Shown piece by piece: positions 26,084-33,796 of a DNA stretch of 54,879 nt. Position 1 is the first letter of the stretch. Every line of letters starts with the position of its first letter. Made by a program: the position numbers and the translations under genes. The notes under the pieces are model-generated. The model saw only the letters and a program-made list of their open reading frames with translations. It searched no databases and was not told the origin of the DNA. Source of the stretch: an uncultured archaeon (GTDB lineage: Archaea; Altiarchaeota; Altiarchaeia; IMC4; QMZM01); the NCBI GenBank assembly GCA_964549685.1, contig CAZJVE010000008.1, positions 1 through 54,879 on the forward strand. The letters are read 5' to 3'.

Positions 26084-27331
26084 ATGCCAACGATAGCTGA
26101 AAAGATTCTTGGAGGGAAGTCCGGAAAGAAGGCTGCGAGCCCCGGAGACATAGTCGAGGCGGAGGTAGACTACGTCATGGTCAATGACGTTACCGGACTG
26201 CCGGCCTTTGAGGTCTTCGAGGAGTTCGAGACAGAGCCCCTGAGGGAGAAGGCAGTCCTGATTCCAGACCATTATGTTCCAAACAAGGACGTGGCCTCAG
26301 CCGAACAGGCAAAGGCGATGAGGGAATTCGCATCAAAGTACAAGATTCGAAACTACTTCGAGATTGGCAAGGGCGGAGTCTGTCATCAACTTATGATAGA
26401 GGAGGGCTTCGTAGCGCCAGGAAGGCTGATTGTCGGGGCTGATTCTCACACATGCAGCTACGGCGCGCTTGGGGCATTCGGAACGGGAATCGGCTCGACG
26501 GAGGCTGCTGCAGCAATGGCCATCGGAAGGCTGTGGTTCAAGGTGCCTGAGTCGCAGAAATTCACCATCGAAGGAAAGCCAGGCAAGTACGTAATGGGCA
26601 AGGACATAATCCTGAACATAATCGGCGACATAGGGGTCTCAGGCTCCCTGTACAAGGCCATGGAGTTCCACGGCTCGACCATAGAGGGGCTGTCGATAGC
26701 AGAAAGAATCTCCATCTCGAACATGGCAATAGAAGCCGGAGGCAAGGCAGGCATAATCCAGCCGGATGAGAAGGTAACGGCATATCTTAAGGGAAGAGTG
26801 AGGGGGGAATTCACACCTGTTTATTCAGATAAAGACGCGCAATATGTTGAAAAATTCAATTATGATGCCGGAGAATTCACCCCCACAGTGGCAGAACCCT
26901 TCCTTCCCGAGAACACGAAGCCGGCCTCAGAGATTGACATCGAAATAGACCAGGCCTACCTGGGCTCATGCACGAACGGAAGGATTGAGGACCTGAGGGT
27001 CGCTGCCGAGATTATGAAGGGTAAGAAGGTCAAGGACGGAGTCAGAATGATAGTCGTCCCTGCATCTAAGAGAATCTATGAAATGGCCATGGAAGAGGGC
27101 CTGATAAAGACGTTCATGGACGCCAACGCATACGTCTCTGGGCCAACGTGCGGAGCGTGCCTAGGAGGCTACATGGGCGTCCTGGCAGATGGAGAGGTCT
27201 GCGTTTCCTCGACCAACAGGAACTTCATAGGGAGAATGGGGCACAAGGATTCGAAGGTGTATCTGGCGAATCCCGCAGTTGTCGCAGCATCAGCAATCAC
27301 AGGAAAAATCACGGACCCGAACGATCTATGA
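26084..27331 (+). CDS. leuC: 3-isopropylmalate dehydratase/homoaconitase large subunit
   Basis: PDH, GVCHQ, GADSHTC, GSCTNGR, CGACLG, STNRNF.GRMG. Confidence 0.93.
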   Translation: MPTIAEKILGGKSGKKAASPGDIVEAEVDYVMVNDVTGLPAFEVFEEFETEPLREKAVLIPDHYVPNKDVASAEQAKAMREFASKYKIRNYFEIGKGGVCHQLMIEEGFVAPGRLIVGADSHTCSYGALGAFGTGIGSTEAAAAMAIGRLWFKVPESQKFTIEGKPGKYVMGKDIILNIIGDIGVSGSLYKAMEFHGSTIEGLSIAERISISNMAIEAGGKAGIIQPDEKVTAYLKGRVRGEFTPVYSDKDAQYVEKFNYDAGEFTPTVAEPFLPENTKPASEIDIEIDQAYLGSCTNGRIEDLRVAAEIMKGKKVKDGVRMIVVPASKRIYEMAMEEGLIKTFMDANAYVSGPTCGACLGGYMGVLADGEVCVSSTNRNFIGRMGHKDSKVYLANPAVVAASAITGKITDPNDL

Positions 27332-27344
27332 TGGGCAATCTATA

Positions 27345-27836
27345 ATGGACAAGAAAATCAAGGGCAAGGTATGGAAATTCCCGAGCAACGTGGATACAGA
27401 CCAGATAATCCCTGCGCAGTACCTTGTAACTGGCGATGCGAAGGAGCTTGGAAGCCACGCCTTCGAGAGGGTAAGGCCTGAGTTTGCCGGCAAGGTGAAG
27501 AAGGGGGACATCATCGTAGCGGATGAGAACTTTGGCTGCGGCTCGTCCAGGGAGCACGCTCCCAGGGCCCTAATCGGGGCTGGAATAGCATGCGTCGTAG
27601 CAAAATCATTCGCCAGGATATTCTATAGAAATTCAATAAACATTGGACTTCCCCTGGTGGAATGTAACATCGACGCAAAGGAAGGCGACGAGATAGAGGT
27701 CGACTTCGAGGCAGGTAAGGTTATAAGCTCCGGAAAGGAGTACGAATTCAAGCCATTACCAGACTTCCTCCTAAACCTGATAAATGAGGGGGGGCTTGTA
27801 AGCTACGTAAAGAAGAGGCTGAAAGAGAAGAAGTAA
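27345..27836 (+). CDS. leuD: 3-isopropylmalate dehydratase small subunit
   Basis: Start MDKKIKG (27345); NVDTDQIIPAQYLV, NFGCGSSREHAP, SFARIFYRN. The YLV loop, rather than YLRT, favours IPMI over homoaconitase. Confidence 0.9.
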   Translation: MDKKIKGKVWKFPSNVDTDQIIPAQYLVTGDAKELGSHAFERVRPEFAGKVKKGDIIVADENFGCGSSREHAPRALIGAGIACVVAKSFARIFYRNSINIGLPLVECNIDAKEGDEIEVDFEAGKVISSGKEYEFKPLPDFLLNLINEGGLVSYVKKRLKEKK

Positions 27837-27837
27837 A

Positions 27838-29913
27838 ATGCTCATAGACGAGGCAGCAGTTTCTAAAAGATTTATTGACATTCTGAAAGCCGAGGGAATC
27901 TCCGAGTTGTATCCGCCACAGGAATCTGCTATTAAGAGCAGGGCGATGGATGGAAGGAATCTCGTTCTCGCAACCCCGACAGCCTCAGGGAAGACGCTGG
28001 CGGCAGAGATTCTCATGGCAAGAGTTCTGGAGGATGGGAAAAAGGCGGTCTACGTCGTCCCTTTAAGAGCCCTTGCATATGAAAAATTTATTGAATTCAA
28101 AAAGTATGAATCCCTTGGCTATAGACTGAGGCTGGAGATGGGAGACCTCGACTCCAGCAAGTACAGGCACAGGGCAGACTTCGACATCCTTGTAACTACT
28201 GCTGAAAAATGCGACTCAATCCTGCGCTCCAGGCAGGAATGGTTCGAGAACATAGGAATCCTCGTGATGGATGAAATCCACCTCATAAACAGCGACAGGG
28301 GCCCTGTCTATGAAGTCCTTATCTCGAAGTTCAGGAAACTATCCTCTGAAATGCAGATTCTCGCGCTATCGGCAACGATTGGAAACGCGGAGGAGCTGGC
28401 CGACTGGTTAAGTGCAGAGCTGATAGAGTCCGACTGGCGGCCCGTGAAGCTGACAGAGAGGGTTGAGGTCGGAGAGAAGCACGAGAAGCTCAGGGAGCTG
28501 ATGCAGAAGTCCCTGAAGGGTAAAGGTCAAACATTAATCTTTGTCAATTCCAGAAGGAGCGCTGAGTCCGTCGCAGAGAAATTGGGACAGGAATTAAATT
28601 TAATTAATAATGATGCTAAAGAAGAACTGAAAAAAATTAAGAATCAAATTCTTTCTACTTTATCCTCCCCCACGCATCAGTGCAAGCGGCTTGCCTCCTG
28701 CGTCGAGAAGGGAGCCGCTTTCCATCATGCAGGGATTACAAACAAGCAGAGGACTCTGGTCGAGGACGCGTTCAAGGAAGGTCTGCTCAAGACCATTGCT
28801 GCTACCCCTACCCTGGCTGCAGGAGTGAATCTTCCGTCAAGGACCGTCATAGTCAGGGACCTGAAGAGGTACAGCGCCGCCGGGCTGGATTACATTCCCG
28901 TTCTGGAATACAAGCAGCAGGTGGGCAGGGCAGGAAGGCCCAAGTACGACAAGGAGGGCTTTGCAATAGTCATTGCCAAGACCGAGGATGAGAAGGAGCT
29001 CCTCCTTGAGAAATACATAAACGGGGAGATAGAGCAGATAACCTCCAGGCTCGGGGTTGAGCCGGTCCTCAGGTTCCACGTCCTTGCATCGATAGCGTCG
29101 GGCTTTGCAAGGAACAGAGATTCATTGATTGAATTCTTCAAATCCACCTTTTTTGGATATCAGTACGGCACCGGGGTATTTGAAAAATTAATTGAAAGAA
29201 TTTTAAATAGGCTTGAGGATTGGAATTTTATTCAAAAAGAAAATAATTTTCTAATTCCCACGGAGCTCGGCCAGAGAATCTCCGAGCTCTACATAGACCC
29301 GATGACCGCCTTCAACTACATCTCCCTGCTGCAGGTTGCTGAGCAGCAGGACCTCTTTGAGGAAATCGGTCTCCTTGAGATGCTCTGCGATTCTGCCGAG
29401 CTGCCTCTTTCATACGTAAAGAGGAGTGAGGAGCAGGAGCTATGGCAGAAGGCCTCCCTTGCCGAGGACAGGCTGCTGAGAGGCCTTGATGAATTCGACC
29501 TGGATGCAAACTTCCTGGAGAGGTTCAAGACAGCCAAGATTCTGCAGCTCTGGATTAATGAGGTGTCGGAGGACAGCATTTTTGAATTGCACAAGATAGC
29601 CCCCGGCATTCTCTACCAGAGGCTGCAGATTGCCGAGTGGCTTGCTTATTCGGCAGGAGAACTTTCAGGAATCCTTAAGATGAAGAAATCATCGAAGGAA
29701 ATGAAGAAGCTTCAGGAAAGGCTCAAGCACGGGATAAAGGCGGAACTGCTGAAGCTGGTCAGGATAAAGGGAATCGGAAGAGCCAGAGCCAGAAAGCTGT
29801 GGAATTCTGGGATTAAATCTCCTGCGGATATAAAGAAGGCAGACAAAAGGAAACTGAAATCCATTCTCGGCGAGAAGGTTACGGATAATGTCCTGGCGGA
29901 ATTAAATATCTAA
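27838..29913 (+). CDS. hel308: Ski2-like SF2 DNA helicase Hel308/Hjm
   Basis: ELYPPQ, TPTASGKT, DEIH, SAT, FHHAG, TPTLAAGVNLP, GRAGRP, C-terminal HhH (KGIGRARARKL). Confidence 0.95.
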   Translation: MLIDEAAVSKRFIDILKAEGISELYPPQESAIKSRAMDGRNLVLATPTASGKTLAAEILMARVLEDGKKAVYVVPLRALAYEKFIEFKKYESLGYRLRLEMGDLDSSKYRHRADFDILVTTAEKCDSILRSRQEWFENIGILVMDEIHLINSDRGPVYEVLISKFRKLSSEMQILALSATIGNAEELADWLSAELIESDWRPVKLTERVEVGEKHEKLRELMQKSLKGKGQTLIFVNSRRSAESVAEKLGQELNLINNDAKEELKKIKNQILSTLSSPTHQCKRLASCVEKGAAFHHAGITNKQRTLVEDAFKEGLLKTIAATPTLAAGVNLPSRTVIVRDLKRYSAAGLDYIPVLEYKQQVGRAGRPKYDKEGFAIVIAKTEDEKELLLEKYINGEIEQITSRLGVEPVLRFHVLASIASGFARNRDSLIEFFKSTFFGYQYGTGVFEKLIERILNRLEDWNFIQKENNFLIPTELGQRISELYIDPMTAFNYISLLQVAEQQDLFEEIGLLEMLCDSAELPLSYVKRSEEQELWQKASLAEDRLLRGLDEFDLDANFLERFKTAKILQLWINEVSEDSIFELHKIAPGILYQRLQIAEWLAYSAGELSGILKMKKSSKEMKKLQERLKHGIKAELLKLVRIKGIGRARARKLWNSGIKSPADIKKADKRKLKSILGEKVTDNVLAELNI

Positions 29914-29943
29914 CAAGAAGGTTGCTGAGAATATCCTGGCAGA

Positions 29944-30879
29944 TTAAATATCTAGCAATCTCCTGAGCTCACATACCTTGCACAGCTCAGCAGAGGTCGG
30001 GTCGCCGCATTTCTTACATTTATCGACCTTCCCGAATTTCTTATAGTCCCTGAGAATCTCAACGAGGTTGTCGGTACTCTTCAGGAGCTGGAACTTGGTT
30101 CCGGGATGGTTCTTATCTATCCTATCGATTGCCTCCCTGATGCTGCCCCGCAGCGCCTCTCCGGAGTTTGGGCACTTTCCCGAGTAGAATTCCAGCCCCT
30201 TTATCTCTGCATATGCCCTGACCTCGTTCTCCGGGCAGTTCCTCAGCGGCTTGATTCTCGGGACGAAGCCCACGTCCTTGGCTACTCCGACGATGGGGCC
30301 CATCCTTGCGACCCTGTCCCAGTCGCTCCTGATAAAGTTCATCATCGCTGTCTGGATTTCGTCGTCAAGGTTATGGCCTGTGGCTATCTTCGTAACCCCC
30401 AGCTCCCGGCATTTGTCATTCAGCACCTTCCTCCTGAATACGCCGCAGTAGCTGCATCCCGGGGCAGGGTTTTCCAGCTTTTTTGATTTCCTGACTGCCT
30501 CGTCGAGAGTGAAGCCGAGCTCTTCTTTGAATGAGTATATGTAGTGCCTAACTCCGAGCTCCCCGCAGAATTCCCTAGCCGAACCGAGGGCCTTCTTCTG
30601 GTACCCCCGGATTCCGAGGTCTATCGTTATGGCAACCAATTCAGAGGACGGAACCTTATCTGAAAGCTCCTTCAGGACATGGAGCGCGGTGCTGGAGTCT
30701 TTCCCTCCAGACAGGGCCACAGCAATCCTATCCCTCTGGCTAAGCAGCTTCCCGAGCCTTATGGTCTTCCTGACCCTCTTCTCGAAAAGCCTGACGAAGC
30801 AGGAATTGCACAGAAATTTCCCGGAATACTTCAGCTCCACGTCCCCGGGCTTGCCGCACCTCGAGCACTTAGATTTCAT
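29944..30879 (-). CDS. tRNA 2-thiolation protein (TtuA/NcsA, TIGR00269-like)
   Basis: Zn fingers at both ends, PP-loop SGGKDS, CSYCGVFRR, ATGHNLDDE; probable start MKSKC at 30879. Confidence 0.92.
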   Translation of the reverse strand: MKSKCSRCGKPGDVELKYSGKFLCNSCFVRLFEKRVRKTIRLGKLLSQRDRIAVALSGGKDSSTALHVLKELSDKVPSSELVAITIDLGIRGYQKKALGSAREFCGELGVRHYIYSFKEELGFTLDEAVRKSKKLENPAPGCSYCGVFRRKVLNDKCRELGVTKIATGHNLDDEIQTAMMNFIRSDWDRVARMGPIVGVAKDVGFVPRIKPLRNCPENEVRAYAEIKGLEFYSGKCPNSGEALRGSIREAIDRIDKNHPGTKFQLLKSTDNLVEILRDYKKFGKVDKCKKCGDPTSAELCKVCELRRLLDI

Positions 30880-31315
30880 ACCTCTTCTCCAGCTCAAGCA
30901 GAATCTTATGGATGTTCTCGGCGCTCTTGTCTATGATGTTCGGCTTCGTCTTCTCAAACCAGACCTTGGACGGCTTCTTGTTGCCGGAAAAGAGGTGCCT
31001 GCTGCCGACCCTCTCAATCAAATCAATCTCCCTGAAGAACCTCAGCCAGAGCTGGATGTTCCTGTCGGTAAGCCCCTTCTTCGGCTTCTTAACCTTCCTC
31101 TCCTTTCTCAGCACTATGACTTTATCCTTTATCTCCCTGCCGGTCATGGAGATTCCGTCGCTCTTTGCCATCAGGAGCACCTCAAAGATGTCTAGGGCGA
31201 CATCCCTGGTTACTCCAAGGGAATCAAGGAGAATTCTCACAAGCTCTCGGTTCTCGTCCACCCCCAGGCAACTCTCATCGTACCATTTAAGCCTTACGTC
31301 CGCTATTAAGTTCAT
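30869..31315 (-). CDS. Hypothetical protein, probable winged-helix DNA-binding fold
   Basis: Start MNLIADV (31315); helical pattern GLTDRNIQLWLRFFREIDLIERVGSRHLF resembles a wHTH recognition helix and wing. Confidence 0.6.
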   Translation of the reverse strand: MNLIADVRLKWYDESCLGVDENRELVRILLDSLGVTRDVALDIFEVLLMAKSDGISMTGREIKDKVIVLRKERKVKKPKKGLTDRNIQLWLRFFREIDLIERVGSRHLFSGNKKPSKVWFEKTKPNIIDKSAENIHKILLELEKRYEI

Positions 31316-31334
31316 ATTCTTTATTATATGAAAA

Positions 31335-32051
31335 ATGAAGCTATTAATCAGTCCGATAGACAGGGGCGAGGCCCTGGAGGCCGTGAAAGGAGGCGCGGAC
31401 ATAATAGATGTCAAGAACCCCGCGGAGGGATCACTGGGAGCGAATTTCCCATGGATAATCTCAGAGATAAAAGGACTTTTGCCCAACGGGACTGAACTCA
31501 GCGCCACTATTGGCGACTTCCCGAATCTCCCGGGGACTGCCTCTCTCGCGGCACTGGGTGTGGCTTCACTCGGAGTGAACTACGTCAAGATTGGCCTCTA
31601 TGGAGTGAATTCTTCGCAGGATGCTATAAAGCTCGCAACCCCGACGGTAAGGGCGGTAAAGGACCCCCACCCCGATACAGGGGTCGTCATTGCAGGCTAT
31701 GCGGACTACGAAAGGCTGGGTTCAATGCCCTCCGCCCTGATACCATCCGTCGCAAAAGACGCCGGGGCAGACATAGCCATGCTCGACACGGCGGTGAAGG
31801 ACGGCAAGAATTTACTTGATTTCATAGATATGGAAGAATTAGGAGAATTTGTGAAGAATTCCCACGACTCCGGCATCCGGGTCGCTCTTGGTGGCTCCCT
31901 TACCAGGGAGCATATCCAGCCCCTGTCAGAAATAGGGGTCGATATTATCGGAATAAGGGGAGCAGCCTGTCAGAACTGCGACAGGATAGGCGGCAGAATC
32001 AGGGCAGAACTCGTGAAAGAACTGAGGGATTGCATCAAAAACAGTGATTAG
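31335..32051 (+). CDS. mfnB: (5-formylfuran-3-yl)methyl phosphate synthase (methanofuran biosynthesis)
   Basis: MKLLISP...EA.EA..GGADIIDVKNPAEGSLGANFPW, SATIGD, YVKIGL, MLDTAVKDG, IGIRGAAC. Confidence 0.93.
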   Translation: MKLLISPIDRGEALEAVKGGADIIDVKNPAEGSLGANFPWIISEIKGLLPNGTELSATIGDFPNLPGTASLAALGVASLGVNYVKIGLYGVNSSQDAIKLATPTVRAVKDPHPDTGVVIAGYADYERLGSMPSALIPSVAKDAGADIAMLDTAVKDGKNLLDFIDMEELGEFVKNSHDSGIRVALGGSLTREHIQPLSEIGVDIIGIRGAACQNCDRIGGRIRAELVKELRDCIKNSD

Positions 32052-32089
32052 GAAATATTTTTACATCTACTCCCAATATTCATAGTAAG

Positions 32090-32593
32090 ATGGCAGATAC
32101 ACCGCTTCTTGAGAAGACCTTTAATGAGGACCTGAACGTCGATAGCAGAGTCAAGGAGGGGGCAATCCTCGCGAGAATCTTCATAGAAATTCAGGCAAAC
32201 GACAAGACAGCGGCAGAAAAGGCACTTCAGACTACAGTATTTGATTCCCTGGCAAACGAAAATGACGTTAAACTCCTGCATGTGAAGATGTTCGAGTTCA
32301 GGAAGGATGAAGAGGCAGAGATGTTCTCCGGGATAGCGGAAATAAAACTCCTTGTAAGGGACTTTCGCTGGTTTATCTCTGTCGTCATGAGATACGGTCC
32401 CTCAGCAATCGAGATTATAGAGCCCAACTCCGTTACCCTGTCAATGGACGAGATGCATGACTTGCTGATAGACGTCAGCGGAATGTCACAAACCCTCTCC
32501 TCGCAACTATTTGCAATGTTAAAGGACGATGAGAGAAAAGCCCTATATACCAGAATGCTGTCCAAGGGAAATGAAAAGATTAATTCGGCATAG
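32090..32593 (+). CDS. Conserved archaeal hypothetical protein
   Basis: Motif FSG.AEI......F....VMRYGPSAIEIIEP, recognised from uncharacterised archaeal proteins. Confidence 0.75.
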   Translation: MADTPLLEKTFNEDLNVDSRVKEGAILARIFIEIQANDKTAAEKALQTTVFDSLANENDVKLLHVKMFEFRKDEEAEMFSGIAEIKLLVRDFRWFISVVMRYGPSAIEIIEPNSVTLSMDEMHDLLIDVSGMSQTLSSQLFAMLKDDERKALYTRMLSKGNEKINSA

Positions 32594-33608
32594 GACTGGA
32601 ATTCTTGCATTAATCCTTCTCCTGACAATCTCTGCAGCGCTTGCTCAACAGGAAAACTCTTCCCCCGATTTTGGAATATACAGGATAAACAGCATCGATA
32701 TAGGGCTCAGGAATAACGGGGTTGTGGAGGTCAAAGAGGAGCTTGTTGTTGACAAACCCGAGGTCATAATCCTGTTGCCTGAGACAAGGGATTTGAAAAT
32801 TCTGGATTCGAGCGGGGAACTGGAATACACGTCCAACGTCATTAGTGATAAACAGATAGTGGGGTTCAAGCCAGGGTCCCATTTTCCGGAATCGGACGGA
32901 AAGATCTGGATTCAGTACACTAGCGACCATCTGACACACAAGTCAGGCAGCATATGGACGCTAAGATTTTCTTCCCCTGCAACTCCAGCACATACAGAGG
33001 TTGGATTAACCCTCCCCCAGGGCGCCAGAATCATTGACCTGAGGTCAGATGCCCCAAGGTATCCTGCAAACCTTAGCAGCCCCCTCAGCATGTACCCGCA
33101 GGATAACCAATTCTCCTTTGACTGCGACTATGAGGTCGAGGAAATGGAAGTCGGCAGCATACCGGTAGAGTTGATAATCATTGCGATTGTAATAATTATA
33201 GCGGCAATAATTCTAGTCGTTATGGTTTCAAAAAGGCGGAAAAAGGACGAAGGGACAGAGACAAAGGAACAAAAGACTGCTCCCCCCAAGGATGAAAAAG
33301 AGGGGCAAGAAACCCAATCAGACGATGAAAAACAGGAGCAGGATACCCCTTCGGAAGCCACAGAAGGCAAGGGAGGTATCAAGGAGTCTGTTCTCAATAT
33401 GCTGGATGAGCGCGAGAAGCAGATAATTGAGGTAATAGAGGGGTCTGGAGAGGAGGAAATAACCCAGGCATATATCTACAAAACGACAGGAATACCCAAA
33501 GCTACCTTGTCTGAAATAATGAAGCGTTTAGAAAGCCGAAATATAATAGAAAGAACTAATGAAGGCAGAACAAAGTGGATAAAGCTGAAAAAATGGGTTT
33601 TTGACTAA
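32571..33608 (+). CDS. Membrane-anchored protein with extracellular domain and cytoplasmic winged-HTH (COG2512-like)
   Basis: Signal peptide, beta-rich ectodomain, single TM (LIIIAIVIIIAAIILVVMV), C-terminal EITQAYIYKTTGIPKATLSEIMKRLESRNIIER..GRTK. Confidence 0.85.
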   Translation: MKRLIRHRTGILALILLLTISAALAQQENSSPDFGIYRINSIDIGLRNNGVVEVKEELVVDKPEVIILLPETRDLKILDSSGELEYTSNVISDKQIVGFKPGSHFPESDGKIWIQYTSDHLTHKSGSIWTLRFSSPATPAHTEVGLTLPQGARIIDLRSDAPRYPANLSSPLSMYPQDNQFSFDCDYEVEEMEVGSIPVELIIIAIVIIIAAIILVVMVSKRRKKDEGTETKEQKTAPPKDEKEGQETQSDDEKQEQDTPSEATEGKGGIKESVLNMLDEREKQIIEVIEGSGEEEITQAYIYKTTGIPKATLSEIMKRLESRNIIERTNEGRTKWIKLKKWVFD

Positions 33609-33614
33609 TTAAAA

Positions 33615-33712
33615 CAATATAGAACGTTTAAATACAAAAATAAGCAATTTAGAACGTTTATAGCCCATTTATAGAGAAGTGTTCTATAGACGTTCGACCC
33701 CCCTTATAAATA
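33615..33712 (+). promoter_or_regulatory. S-layer gene promoter with repeated TAGAACGTTT-type motifs and TATA box
   Basis: caatatagaacgttta (33615-30) and caatttagaacgttta (33645-60), exactly 30 bp apart; inverted imperfect copies aagtgttcta (33677-86) and gacgttcga (33689-97); TATA cttataaata (33703-12). Confidence 0.65.
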
Positions 33713-33796
33713 GTACCTAGTAGTAATCTATTATACTCTTAATAAAGAGGTATATACCGAAAAAACAAAAAACGAGGTAAAAACAAAAAAACAAAA

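Noticed and set aside
33615-33700. Mini CRISPR array
   Set aside because: The repeats are 16 bp with a 14-bp gap, there are only two direct copies, and no cas genes are present. This fits operator sites better.
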